From the NCBI GenBank assembly GCA_050951325.1, contig JBMNIW010000012.1, positions 320,001-384,000 of the forward strand: DNA of 64,000 bases. The letters run 5' to 3'. The notes beneath the pieces are model-generated. The model was not told the origin of the DNA, ran no database searches, and saw nothing but the letters and a program-made list of their open reading frames with translations. Position numbers and translations under genes: made by a program. Below are positions 39,979 through 49,263 of the stretch, one piece after another (the first letter of the stretch is position 1; the number at the start of each line of letters is the position of its first letter). The DNA comes from Clostridia bacterium (GTDB lineage: Bacteria; Bacillota; Clostridia; UBA1212; DUPL01).

Positions 39979-40851
39979 GTGTCAAGAAGGAAAACAGGAT
40001 TGGGAAAAGGGATTGATGCTTTAATACCATCAGGTCACGAAGAATTATCAGACAGTGTTATAGAAATAGATATACATGATATTGAACCTGGTGATGCTCA
40101 ACCAAGAAAAAGTTTTGATGAGGAAAAAATAGCTCAACTTGCACAGTCCATCAAAGAACATGGAATAATACAACCGCTTATTGTTATGAAGGAAGGTTCG
40201 GTTTATAAAATTATTGCCGGTGAAAGAAGATGGAGAGCTGCAAGGTTAGCAGGGCTTAAAAAGGTTCCTGCTATTGAAAGAAGCGCTACACCACAGGAAG
40301 TTATGGAGCTTGCCCTTATAGAAAACATTCAGCGCGAGGATCTGAACCCAATTGAAGAAGCAGAAGCTTATTCCAGGCTTATGACAGAGCACAATATAAC
40401 TCAAGAAAGATTATCTGAGATAATTGGAAAAAGTAGATCTGCCATTGCAAACACAATAAGATTGCTGAATTTTAATGATCAAATAAGGGAAATGATAATA
40501 AATGAGGAAATTACAGCTGGACATGCACGTGCAATTCTAGCTTTGGAGAGTGAAGACGAGAGAGTCAGAGTTGCAAGAGAAGTTGTTGATAAAGGATATA
40601 ACGTGAGGCAGACTGAAGACCTTGTTAAGAAACTACTACAAGAGAAAGCGAAGAAGAAGGAAAATAAGGATATCACGGATGAAAATAATACATTTTCGCA
40701 GGTAGAGATTAAACATATCCAAAACATGCTTAGATCAGTATTGGGGACTAAGGTAAAAATGGATGAGGCAAAGGGAAGAGGGAAGATTATTATAGAATAC
40801 TATTCACCTGACGAAAGAGAAAGACTTATAGACTATCTGACAAAAGGATAA
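39979..40851 (+). CDS. parB: Chromosome partitioning protein ParB/Spo0J
   Basis: GLGKGIDALI, QPRK, AGERRWRA, ENIQREDL. Confidence 0.96.
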   Translation: MSRRKTGLGKGIDALIPSGHEELSDSVIEIDIHDIEPGDAQPRKSFDEEKIAQLAQSIKEHGIIQPLIVMKEGSVYKIIAGERRWRAARLAGLKKVPAIERSATPQEVMELALIENIQREDLNPIEEAEAYSRLMTEHNITQERLSEIIGKSRSAIANTIRLLNFNDQIREMIINEEITAGHARAILALESEDERVRVAREVVDKGYNVRQTEDLVKKLLQEKAKKKENKDITDENNTFSQVEIKHIQNMLRSVLGTKVKMDEAKGRGKIIIEYYSPDERERLIDYLTKG

Positions 40852-40852
40852 A

Positions 40853-40868
40853 TGTTTCACGTGAAACA
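40853..40868. promoter_or_regulatory. parS site #3
   Basis: TGTTTCACGTGAAACA immediately after the parB stop. Confidence 0.95.
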
Positions 40869-40888
40869 AAGAGAAAAGGAGAGAAGTT

Positions 40889-41389
40889 ATGATAACAGGA
40901 AACATAAATATGGACATAATCTTTGGAGTGCTTTTTTTACTTATATTAATAAACACTATACTAGTGGTTGTGCTTTTTAAGAAGCTGTCGCACATAAGGA
41001 AGTCGCAGAAAGTACTTAATGAGTTGTTTTCGGGTGAATCAGTCGAGGAGCTTTTGTATAAGGTCCTTGAACAGCAAGAAATTATATCAAATGAAGCACT
41101 GGATATAAAGAAACAGATACTTCAACTTGAAAACAAACAAAAATATTGTTTTGACAGAATCAGTCTTGTTAGATACAGAGGTACTCAGGAAGATGGTGCC
41201 AAGTTAAGTTATTCCATAGGAATAAGCAATGAAAATGAAGATGGACTTATAATTACAGGCATTCATTTCAGAAATGGTGTTAACTTGTATTTCAAACATG
41301 TTAAAGAAGGCATGCCGGACATAGAATTGTCAGAAGAAGAAAAGAAAGTATTAGCAAGGACCAAAGTCAACGAGGTGTACTCCGAGTGA
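40889..41389 (+). CDS. DUF4446-like membrane-anchored protein
   Basis: N-terminal TM helix, coiled coil, LVRY...LSYSI...LSEEE; usual position after parB in clostridia. Confidence 0.7.
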   Translation: MITGNINMDIIFGVLFLLILINTILVVVLFKKLSHIRKSQKVLNELFSGESVEELLYKVLEQQEIISNEALDIKKQILQLENKQKYCFDRISLVRYRGTQEDGAKLSYSIGISNENEDGLIITGIHFRNGVNLYFKHVKEGMPDIELSEEEKKVLARTKVNEVYSE

Positions 41390-41410
41390 TGGATTTTTAA
41401 CATCAAGTCC

Positions 41411-41439
41411 TTGACAATTTAAAAAATAAATGATATTAT
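41411..41439 (+). promoter_or_regulatory. tRNA-Ser promoter
   Basis: TTGACA-17-TATTAT with extended TG. Confidence 0.75.
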
Positions 41440-41461
41440 AATCAAGTCAAAAAAATAAAGT

Positions 41462-41552
41462 GGAAAGATGGTCGAGCTGGTTTAAGGCACCGGTCTTGAA
41501 AACCGGCGTAGGTGCAAGCCTACCGTGGGTTCGAATCCCACTCTTTCCGCCA
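41462..41552 (+). tRNA. tRNA-Ser(TGA)
   Basis: GGAAAGA acceptor stem, CTTGAAA anticodon loop, long variable arm, GTTCGAATCC, GCCA end. Confidence 0.97.
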
Positions 41553-41557
41553 AACTT

Positions 41558-41597
41558 AGTCTGGAAAGTCAGTAAGAAAGATTTCCAGACTTTTTTT
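41558..41597 (+). terminator. tRNA-Ser terminator
   Basis: AGTCTGGAAA...TTTCCAGACT followed by a T-run. Confidence 0.85.
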
Positions 41598-41751
41598 ATA
41601 TAAAATTAGACAACTCAAATAAATTGATGTAAAATATGGCTATCAATGAGAAAACCGTTCTAGCTGCGTGACTTGTATCACATATTATTTATCCATATTG
41701 GTTAATAATAGTAGTATATAAAAAATAAAAGAAAAGTCGAGGTATCAAATT

Positions 41752-42954
41752 ATGAGTGAACAAATCAACAACAGACAGTACAGACAGAACGTAATCAAGG
41801 AATTGATAAGGGAACTGCATGAAGGAAAAACTGTGGACGAAGTAAAACACAAGTTTGAACAGGCATTTGCAGGAGTTTCGGCTACAGAAATATCGGAAGC
41901 GGAACAGGCATTAATCAATGAAGGATTGCCGGTAGAAGAAGTACAGAGATTATGTGATGTCCATGCGGCTGTATTCAAAGGCTCAATTGAAGAAATTCAT
42001 GCAAGCATTGATGTATCAGAGATTCCAGGCCATCCAGCCAATGTTCTTAAAGTTGAGAATATGTATATTGACGTGTTGATAGACAGTAAACTGATGCCAG
42101 TACTAGTCAACAAGTCAGATCCAAATTTTAGAAAAAACCTTGATGAAGCACTAAAGGAGTTGTATCAGGTAGATATTCATTACGCAAAGAAGGAAAATCT
42201 GCTTTTCCCATATCTTGAAAAGTACGGAGTAACAGCTCCTCCGCAGGTAATGTGGGGTGTGGATGATGAAATTAGGGATGAAATAAAGGATTTGAGAAGA
42301 GAAATTCAGTCAGACAAGTCAGATGTAGAAGATATTGTCGAAAGAGGAATGGAACTTGCTGAAAAAATAAAGGACATGATATTCAAGGAAGAAAATATAC
42401 TGCTTCCAATGCTCGTAGACATGCTCACCGAGGATGAGTGGAAGCAAATAAATGAGGACAGCTTTGAATATGGAAATCTGGTTGATAATATTCCTGAATG
42501 GAATCCTACTGGGGAACGAAAAAAAGTATTGAAAGCAGAGGAATCGGAACCAGATTCAGTGACACTTTCAACTGGTGTTCTTAAAAAGAATGAACTTGAA
42601 GCATTATTAAATGCACTCCCATTTGATATCACATTTGTTGACAAAAATGGTCTTGTAAAGTACTTCTCACAGAGTGCCGAGAGAATCTTTGCAAGAACAA
42701 CCACTGTACTGGGAAGACATGTTACTAACTGCCATCCACCTACATCCGTCCATGTAGTCACTCAAATTGTTGAAGATTTGGAATCAGGAAAGAAAGATCA
42801 TGAGGATTTTTGGATAAGAATGGGGGACAAATATGTATTTATCAGGTACTTTGCAGTTCGAGATAATGATAACAACTTCCTTGGAGTACTTGAGGTAACG
42901 CAGAACATAGCTCCAATACAAGAAATAACAGGAGAGAAAAGATTAATGTCATAA
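41752..42954 (+). CDS. DUF438 / hemerythrin-like / PAS_10 domain protein
   Basis: EVQRLCDVH, GHP, HYAKKENLLFP, VMWGVDDEIR, NCHPP, YFAVRD...GVLEVTQ. Confidence 0.85.
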   Translation: MSEQINNRQYRQNVIKELIRELHEGKTVDEVKHKFEQAFAGVSATEISEAEQALINEGLPVEEVQRLCDVHAAVFKGSIEEIHASIDVSEIPGHPANVLKVENMYIDVLIDSKLMPVLVNKSDPNFRKNLDEALKELYQVDIHYAKKENLLFPYLEKYGVTAPPQVMWGVDDEIRDEIKDLRREIQSDKSDVEDIVERGMELAEKIKDMIFKEENILLPMLVDMLTEDEWKQINEDSFEYGNLVDNIPEWNPTGERKKVLKAEESEPDSVTLSTGVLKKNELEALLNALPFDITFVDKNGLVKYFSQSAERIFARTTTVLGRHVTNCHPPTSVHVVTQIVEDLESGKKDHEDFWIRMGDKYVFIRYFAVRDNDNNFLGVLEVTQNIAPIQEITGEKRLMS

Positions 42955-42986
42955 AAAAGAAAGACCTTTAAAAAGGTCTTTCTTTA
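42953..42986. terminator. Bidirectional terminator
   Basis: AAAGAAAGACCTTT/AAAGGTCTTTCTTT between convergent genes. Confidence 0.75.
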
Positions 42987-44348
42987 TCTGTCGTTAAGTT
43001 TAACGTATTGTATCTTATCCGATACATTCTTGTATGCAGGCCTGATAATCTTTCCTGCATTAATAATTTCTTCAATCCTATGTGCGGACCAGCCTGCAAT
43101 TCTTGATATTGCAAAAATAGGTGTGTAAAGTTCTATAGGCAAGTCAAGCATTTTGTAAACAAAGCCGCTGTAGAAATCAATATTTGCACTTACACCTTTG
43201 TAAATCTTTCTTTCTTTGCTAATAATCTCAGGAGCAAGTCTTTCTACCAGCGTGTATAGCTTGTATTCTTCGTCAAGTCCTTTTTCCTCGGACAAACTCT
43301 TTACAAAACTCTTCAGGACTTTCGCTCTTGGATCAGATTTGGAGTATACTGCGTGTCCCATACCATAAATCAATCCTGATTTATCAAAGGCTTGCTTGTT
43401 TAATAGCGCCATTAGATATCTGCTTATTTCTTCTTCGTCTTCCCAATTCTTTACGTTATTCTTAAGGTCTTCAAACATTTGCACGACTTTTATATTTGCA
43501 CCGCCATGTCTAGGACCTTTCAAGGAACCAAGAGAGGCAGCAACTACTGAATAAGTATCAGTTCCTGAAGATGATACAACATGAGTTGTAAATGTAGAGT
43601 TGTTACCTCCGCCGTGGTCCGCATGTAGTATCAGTGCTACGTCAAGAATTCTTGCTTCAAGCACGGAATACTTGCTGTCTTTTCTCAATGTATAGAGAAT
43701 GTTTTCAGCAGTTGATAATTCAGGCTGTGGAGGATGAATAAACAAACTTTCCTTGTTTACATAATGGTTGTAAGCATGGTATCCATATATCGATAATAGA
43801 GGAAACAGTGAGACAAGCTCAAGACACTGCCTCAATACATTCGGTATTGATATGTCATCTGCCTTGTCGTCATACGCATACAAAGTTAAAACGCTTCTGG
43901 CAAGGGTATTCATCATGTCGCTGCTTGGAGCCTTCATAATGATATCCCTTACAAAAGAAGTAGGCAATGTTCTGAATTCAGATAACAAATTGTTAAAATC
44001 TTCCAATTCTTGTTTGTTTGGAAGCTTGCCGAATATGAGTAAATAAGTTACCTCCTCATAACCAAATCGTTTATCATCAACACAACCTGATACGATATCT
44101 TCAACATCTATGCCTCGATAATACAACTTTCCATCACAGGGTACTTCTTTTCCGTCTACCACTTCATATGAAATAATTTCGCTTATGTTTGTCAGTCCTG
44201 CAAGAACTCCTTTGCCCTGCAAATCTCTTAATCCTCTCTTAACGTTATACTTGGTGTATAAACTTGGATCTATTGATCCGTTGTTAATGCATAAGTCAGA
44301 TAAATTTTGTATTTTAACAGCAGATTCAGGAGTAAGTTCTAATGACAT
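42984..44348 (-). CDS. gltA: Citrate (Si)-synthase / 2-methylcitrate synthase family
   Basis: LHADHG, GPRHGGAN, GMGHAVY..DPRA, NIDFYSG. Confidence 0.88.
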   Translation of the reverse strand: MSLELTPESAVKIQNLSDLCINNGSIDPSLYTKYNVKRGLRDLQGKGVLAGLTNISEIISYEVVDGKEVPCDGKLYYRGIDVEDIVSGCVDDKRFGYEEVTYLLIFGKLPNKQELEDFNNLLSEFRTLPTSFVRDIIMKAPSSDMMNTLARSVLTLYAYDDKADDISIPNVLRQCLELVSLFPLLSIYGYHAYNHYVNKESLFIHPPQPELSTAENILYTLRKDSKYSVLEARILDVALILHADHGGGNNSTFTTHVVSSSGTDTYSVVAASLGSLKGPRHGGANIKVVQMFEDLKNNVKNWEDEEEISRYLMALLNKQAFDKSGLIYGMGHAVYSKSDPRAKVLKSFVKSLSEEKGLDEEYKLYTLVERLAPEIISKERKIYKGVSANIDFYSGFVYKMLDLPIELYTPIFAISRIAGWSAHRIEEIINAGKIIRPAYKNVSDKIQYVKLNDR

Positions 44349-44549
44349 AATATCACCACTTTCTTTTGTTTTAAAAGTTATTTTTGGGATAAGAGAGATG
44401 AATAAAAAAAAGTAAACATTTAAATATTACCATAAAACCAAAAGTGAGTAAAGAAAAAAATGAAAAGTCAAACTCGGCATAAAGAAGTAAAGGTTGACTT
44501 AACTATGTAATAAATAATATAATACAGAAAAAATCGGGAGGTTCTGAAA

Positions 44550-46640
44550 ATGTATCATAACAGAAAAGTTTTGTCTTTCATTGCAGCAATTTTATACATA
44601 ATTGTACTGTGCAGTTCTGGTATCATTGTTGCAGGACAAAATGATAATCCATCAGCTACACTTCCTCCAAGGCCAGTACTGGATGAAAATCATCCGGTAA
44701 ACACAATGGATGTAAGGCCGGACACTTGGGTGGCTACAGATGGTTTGGGAAGAACACTGTCGGGATATAACGAGGTTGGTCCCAAAAGAGAAGATAGATT
44801 TGTTGGATTATTTTACTGGACATGGCACGGATCACATGCAAAGAGCACTGTGCCAAGGAATGTCCAGCAGCTACTTGATTCACTAACACCCGAAGAAGCA
44901 GAGAAAGCCAAGAATGATTACAAACATCCTGTATGGGAGCGTAGAACGGGATATCATTTCTGGAATGAGCCAATTTTCGGTTACTATTCAACAAATGACA
45001 AGTATGTATTAAGAAAACATGCTGAAATGCTTGCGGACGCAGGCGTTGACGTAGTTATATTCGACAACACCAATGGTTCATTTCTATGGCAGGATTCCTA
45101 TACTGCGTTAATGGAAACCTGGTCTGAAGCAAGACAGCAGGGAGTTAACACACCTCAAGTTACCTTCATGCTTAACTTTGGTCCACTAGAAACAACCGCA
45201 GAGATGCTGGTAAATATATATAAAGATATATATCAACAAGAAAAATTTAAAGATTTGTGGTTCTATTGGGACGGAAAACCATTCATTATGGCGCATGAGA
45301 AAGCACTTGACGCAAGAAATCCGCTACAGGCTGAAATTTTGGAGTTTTTCACATTCAGAAATAATGATCCATCATATTTTACTAAAACAGAGAATGCAAA
45401 GCCCAACAGCTGGGGCTGGTTGTCCACTTATCCGCAGTGCAAGTATAACGTGGATAAAAACGGCAATGTGGAACAAATGACTGTTGGTGTTGCCCAGAAT
45501 GCAACTACCACAAAGCTGACTGCCATGAATGGCAAGAATGTGCTTGGAAGAAGCTACGGTCATGATGGATATTCTTACAGCTATACTTATAGAGGTAAGG
45601 AGATAGTGGTTAATTCCGACATACCCGATTCAAAGCTTTACGGTATAAACTTGCAGCAACAGTTTGATTATGCAATAGAGAACGATCCAAAGTTCATATT
45701 TGTAACTGGATGGAATGAATGGGTTGCTATTCGATTTGATGAATGGAGCGGTGTTCCTAATGGAATGGCAGACCAGTTCAATGATGAGTACTCAAGGGAT
45801 CTTGAACCTTCCAAAGGAGATTTGAAAGATCACTATTACTACCAACTTGTAGAGAATATTCGTAGGTACAAGGGAGTAAGCGAGCCAGAGGAAATAGATG
45901 TATACAAGAAAATAGATATCTTCGGTGATTTGTCACAGTGGGATGATATCGCATCTTTCAATCACTACATCAAAAACACATGGGAACGTAATGATAGAGG
46001 CTACCTTACAAAGACATACAAGAATGATACTATGAGAAACGATATTAGAAGAGCAAAGGTAGCTTTTGATGAAAACAACATATATTTCTATGTGGAAACT
46101 GTTGATAACCTTACGCCATATACCGATCCTGCATGGATGAGACTTTTTATTGATACAATGCCTGCTACAGAAGATTCAAAGGATTGGGAAGAAATCGAGT
46201 TTGTGGTAAACAGGCAGAACCCAACCGATTCTATTGCATATCTAGAAAGAAGCAAAGGCGGATGGGATTGGGAGGTTGTACAGGAAGTCAGATATTCTGT
46301 AATGGATAATGTACTACAGATTGAAATACCCAGAAAGGCTCTAGGACTTGATGATACAGATGCACCTTTATTCAACTTCAAATGGGCTGACAACATGCAG
46401 GAAGATGGAGACATTCTTGATTTCTATGTAAATGGTGATGTGGCTCCAGGTGGAAGATTCATGTTCCACTTTAACACAAAGCCTGTAAAGAATGCTGATA
46501 TTGCTGATAAGGAAACCAAAAAAGGAGGCATACAGCCGGTAGTTATAGTATCAATAATATCCGCATCGGCTGTTGTGGCCGTTGCAGTTGCTGCGGTGTT
46601 AATTGTTAAAAAATCAAACGCAAGTAAGGTATCCTCTTGA
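44550..46640 (+). CDS. Secreted, C-terminally membrane-anchored glycoside hydrolase-like protein (GH99/GH71-like barrel plus sugar-binding-like domain)
   Basis: Signal peptide; FYWTWH, EPIFGYY, KHAEMLADAGVD, WDGKP, GWNEW, RDLEP; C-terminal TM helix plus KK. Confidence 0.6.
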   Translation: MYHNRKVLSFIAAILYIIVLCSSGIIVAGQNDNPSATLPPRPVLDENHPVNTMDVRPDTWVATDGLGRTLSGYNEVGPKREDRFVGLFYWTWHGSHAKSTVPRNVQQLLDSLTPEEAEKAKNDYKHPVWERRTGYHFWNEPIFGYYSTNDKYVLRKHAEMLADAGVDVVIFDNTNGSFLWQDSYTALMETWSEARQQGVNTPQVTFMLNFGPLETTAEMLVNIYKDIYQQEKFKDLWFYWDGKPFIMAHEKALDARNPLQAEILEFFTFRNNDPSYFTKTENAKPNSWGWLSTYPQCKYNVDKNGNVEQMTVGVAQNATTTKLTAMNGKNVLGRSYGHDGYSYSYTYRGKEIVVNSDIPDSKLYGINLQQQFDYAIENDPKFIFVTGWNEWVAIRFDEWSGVPNGMADQFNDEYSRDLEPSKGDLKDHYYYQLVENIRRYKGVSEPEEIDVYKKIDIFGDLSQWDDIASFNHYIKNTWERNDRGYLTKTYKNDTMRNDIRRAKVAFDENNIYFYVETVDNLTPYTDPAWMRLFIDTMPATEDSKDWEEIEFVVNRQNPTDSIAYLERSKGGWDWEVVQEVRYSVMDNVLQIEIPRKALGLDDTDAPLFNFKWADNMQEDGDILDFYVNGDVAPGGRFMFHFNTKPVKNADIADKETKKGGIQPVVIVSIISASAVVAVAVAAVLIVKKSNASKVSS

Positions 46641-46676
46641 TTTTTAATCTTTGAGTGATATAATATTGTCTGCAAT

Positions 46677-46732
46677 GATACCATGAAGGTATATGCTTTC
46701 CCAAGGAAAGTGATACTTCATGGTATCTTTTT
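46677..46732 (+). terminator. Long terminator-like hairpin in the ECF gene leader
   Basis: GATACCATGAAG...CTTCATGGTATC-TTTTT, with an inner GCTTTCC-CAA-GGAAAGT stem. Confidence 0.7.
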
Positions 46733-46758
46733 ATATTTTTCAGAGGTGATAGTGTTTT

Positions 46759-47307
46759 ATGAAAAGAAGAGATGTATACAATTTGGTTCTTGCTGCCATG
46801 TTTTTGGCTCTGGCATTCGTTCTACCGCAGATTATGAAATCCATACCGTTTTTTGTGTCAGCAAATCTGGGTACAAAAATACTTCCCATGCATATTCCGG
46901 TTCTTTTATGTGGATTTATCTGTGGATATTACTATGGGCTTTCTGTCGGCTTTATAGCTCCTTTGCTGGCAAGTCTCATAACAACAATGCCTCCTATGTA
47001 CCCCGTGGCAATTTCCATGGCGTTTGAGCTGGCTGCCTACGGACTTGTAGCAGGACTTATGTACAAGGCAACATCAAAACTAAAGATAAATTATGTTTTA
47101 AAAATCTACATAGACCTGATAACAGCAATGCTTGCAGGCAGGGTTGTAATGGGTGTTGTTAATATGTTACTATTAACAAATGCAAAGTATGGGTTAAATG
47201 TATTCCTGGCGGATGCATTTGTAAATGCATTGCCTGGTATAATTATCCAGTTAATATTAATACCTGCAATATTAATAATATTGAGGAAGGCAAAATATAT
47301 CAAATGA
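46759..47307 (+). CDS. ECF transporter S component
   Basis: 182 aa, about 5-6 TM helices, LAAMFLAL, LPMHIPVLLCG, PGIIIQLILIP. Confidence 0.82.
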   Translation: MKRRDVYNLVLAAMFLALAFVLPQIMKSIPFFVSANLGTKILPMHIPVLLCGFICGYYYGLSVGFIAPLLASLITTMPPMYPVAISMAFELAAYGLVAGLMYKATSKLKINYVLKIYIDLITAMLAGRVVMGVVNMLLLTNAKYGLNVFLADAFVNALPGIIIQLILIPAILIILRKAKYIK

Positions 47308-47879
47308 CTAATCTTGAAAAAAGTATTCTAAGACAGATTGAGAAAAAAGGAATAGTTTTAATTGCAATTGACGGACCAAGTGGAAGTGGAAAGTCGACCT
47401 TTGCTAAAAGGTTAGCGGAAAAATATGATGCAAATGTATTTCATATGGATGACTTCTTTCTGAGACCTGAACAAAGAACAAAGGAAAGATATGAAGAAAT
47501 TGGAGGGAATATCGATTATGAGAGGTTTCACGAGGAAGTATTGATGAATATAAATAGAGGGTTTCCTTTCCACTACAGGCCCTACAGCTGTTCTTTAGGA
47601 ATACTTGTGGACAAGAAAGAAGTTACTTTTAAGAATGTGAATATAATTGAAGGGGTGTATAGCATGCACCCCATGCTTTTATCATATTACGATATAAAAG
47701 TATTTTTGACAGCTCCTAAAGAAGTTTGCATTGAAAGAATTAGGAAAAGAAGTGGAGATGTTCTGCTTAAAAGATTCGTAAATGAATGGATTCCCATGGA
47801 ACAGAATTATTTTAGCAATTTTAAAATAAAGGAGAATTGTGATTTTATAATCAATGGAGTTACTTTAGAAGAGTCTTGA
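47304..47879 (+). CDS. Uridine kinase/PRK-like P-loop kinase
   Basis: IAIDGPSGSGKST, MDDFF, IIEGVY; ATGA-coupled to the ECF gene. Confidence 0.75.
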   Translation: MTNLEKSILRQIEKKGIVLIAIDGPSGSGKSTFAKRLAEKYDANVFHMDDFFLRPEQRTKERYEEIGGNIDYERFHEEVLMNINRGFPFHYRPYSCSLGILVDKKEVTFKNVNIIEGVYSMHPMLLSYYDIKVFLTAPKEVCIERIRKRSGDVLLKRFVNEWIPMEQNYFSNFKIKENCDFIINGVTLEES

Positions 47880-48273
47880 CCTCATCCACAGCAAGATCAA
47901 TGTAATCGCTCAGGGACATGTCACTGACTCCCATAACTTTAAGATTGCACTTGTTTACTGGAACAAGTATTTTATGTGCTTTGCATTCACCAACTGCCTG
48001 TGCCATCTTTGGAGATATTTCTCCGTGGAGAGCATTGGCAATAATGATTCCAATCGGTCCAAGAATTATATCCGCATCCTTGCAGTTCCAAACAATTGGG
48101 TTTTCACCGGTTGCACCGTAGTCCGCTCCTGCCTTGAGCATGGCGGATGTGGCAATACTGTTTGTACCAATAGCCATGATTTCATGATCAAGAGCTATTG
48201 GTTTTATTTTTTCCACCAGCATTTTCCCCATTCTTCCTCCCTGACCATCTATAACAACAATTTTCAAATTCAT
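47860..48273 (-). CDS. DUF3842 family protein
   Basis: VIDGQGG, GTNSIATSAMLKAGA..GATGEN, GEISPKMA. Confidence 0.82.
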   Translation of the reverse strand: MNLKIVVIDGQGGRMGKMLVEKIKPIALDHEIMAIGTNSIATSAMLKAGADYGATGENPIVWNCKDADIILGPIGIIIANALHGEISPKMAQAVGECKAHKILVPVNKCNLKVMGVSDMSLSDYIDLAVDEVKTLLK

Positions 48274-48429
48274 CACTCCTGTAATTTTTTATATATAATC
48301 TCATACAATAGCCTTTTTATCAAATATTTAATTTTACTCATTTACAATTCTGGATAATATGATATACTATTTAAGCTGGTTTAATAAATTAGCGAATTAA
48401 CATACTAAAGTTGAAGGGTTGTTATAATC

Positions 48430-49263
48430 ATGAAGAAAACATTGCTTATTGTAACTGTATTGATAATTGTATTGGCTTCTGCATGTACTCCAAATATTCA
48501 GAAAAACTTTGTTGTTCTTGAAGACTATTTTGCAGAAGAAGAATACGGCATTGGATTTAGAAACACAGACATTGCCTTGGGCCTTGAGGTTCAAAAGCAC
48601 CTTGATGAGATGTATGAAGACGGCACACTGATCGAAATCTCAAAGAAATGGTTTGGTAAGGATACATATTTGAAAGATTCTGATTTTATTGAAGAAAGCC
48701 AGGCACCTGAAGGAGACGATTCTCTAGATAAGATATTGGATAAAGGAAAGTTGATTGTTGGTCTTGACGACTCATTTCCACCAATGGGCTTCAGAGATGA
48801 CAAGAATAATATTGTGGGTTATGATATTGACCTTGCAAAAGAAGTTGCAAAGAGAATGGATGTGGAGCTTGTTTTGCAGCCTATAGACTGGGATTCTAAG
48901 GAACTTGAGCTTCAGAGCGGCAAGATTGACTGTATCTGGAATGGAATGACAATCACCGAAGAAAGAGTTGAAGCAATGTATTTTGTAAAACCATACATAG
49001 CAAACAGACAGATTGTAATTGTTGGTGAGAACTCAGATATAAAGACAAAGGCAGACTTAAATGGCAAGAAGATTGGCCTCCAAAAAGGTTCTTCTGCTTT
49101 GAATGCTGTTAAAGCTGACGATGTATATTCAAAGATTGGTGAAATCATTGAATATCAGAACAATGTTGATGCATTTAATGATTTGAAGGTAGGTAGAATT
49201 GACGCACTTGTAGTGGATGAAGTTGCAGGAAGATATATGATAGAAAAGGATAAAGATAAATAA
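48430..49263 (+). CDS. Polar amino acid ABC substrate-binding lipoprotein (SBP_bac_3), circularly permuted
   Basis: Lipobox LASAC19; GLDDSFPPMGF, GYDIDLA, IDWD, IWNGMTITEER; the EEYGIGFR...KWFG segment sits at the N-terminus. Confidence 0.88.
   Translation: MKKTLLIVTVLIIVLASACTPNIQKNFVVLEDYFAEEEYGIGFRNTDIALGLEVQKHLDEMYEDGTLIEISKKWFGKDTYLKDSDFIEESQAPEGDDSLDKILDKGKLIVGLDDSFPPMGFRDDKNNIVGYDIDLAKEVAKRMDVELVLQPIDWDSKELELQSGKIDCIWNGMTITEERVEAMYFVKPYIANRQIVIVGENSDIKTKADLNGKKIGLQKGSSALNAVKADDVYSKIGEIIEYQNNVDAFNDLKVGRIDALVVDEVAGRYMIEKDKDK

Noticed and set aside
41462-41760. tRNA-Ser as an integration site for an island or prophage
   Set aside because: No integrase, phage genes or repeat of the tRNA 3' end was seen in the window.
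42984-44348. Si-type citrate synthase in an anaerobe as a novelty
   Set aside because: This family is widespread in clostridia and other anaerobes.
46683-47027. 114-aa ORF starting inside the ECF leader hairpin as a leader peptide
   Set aside because: It has no RBS, overlaps the ECF gene out of frame and has no recognisable features.
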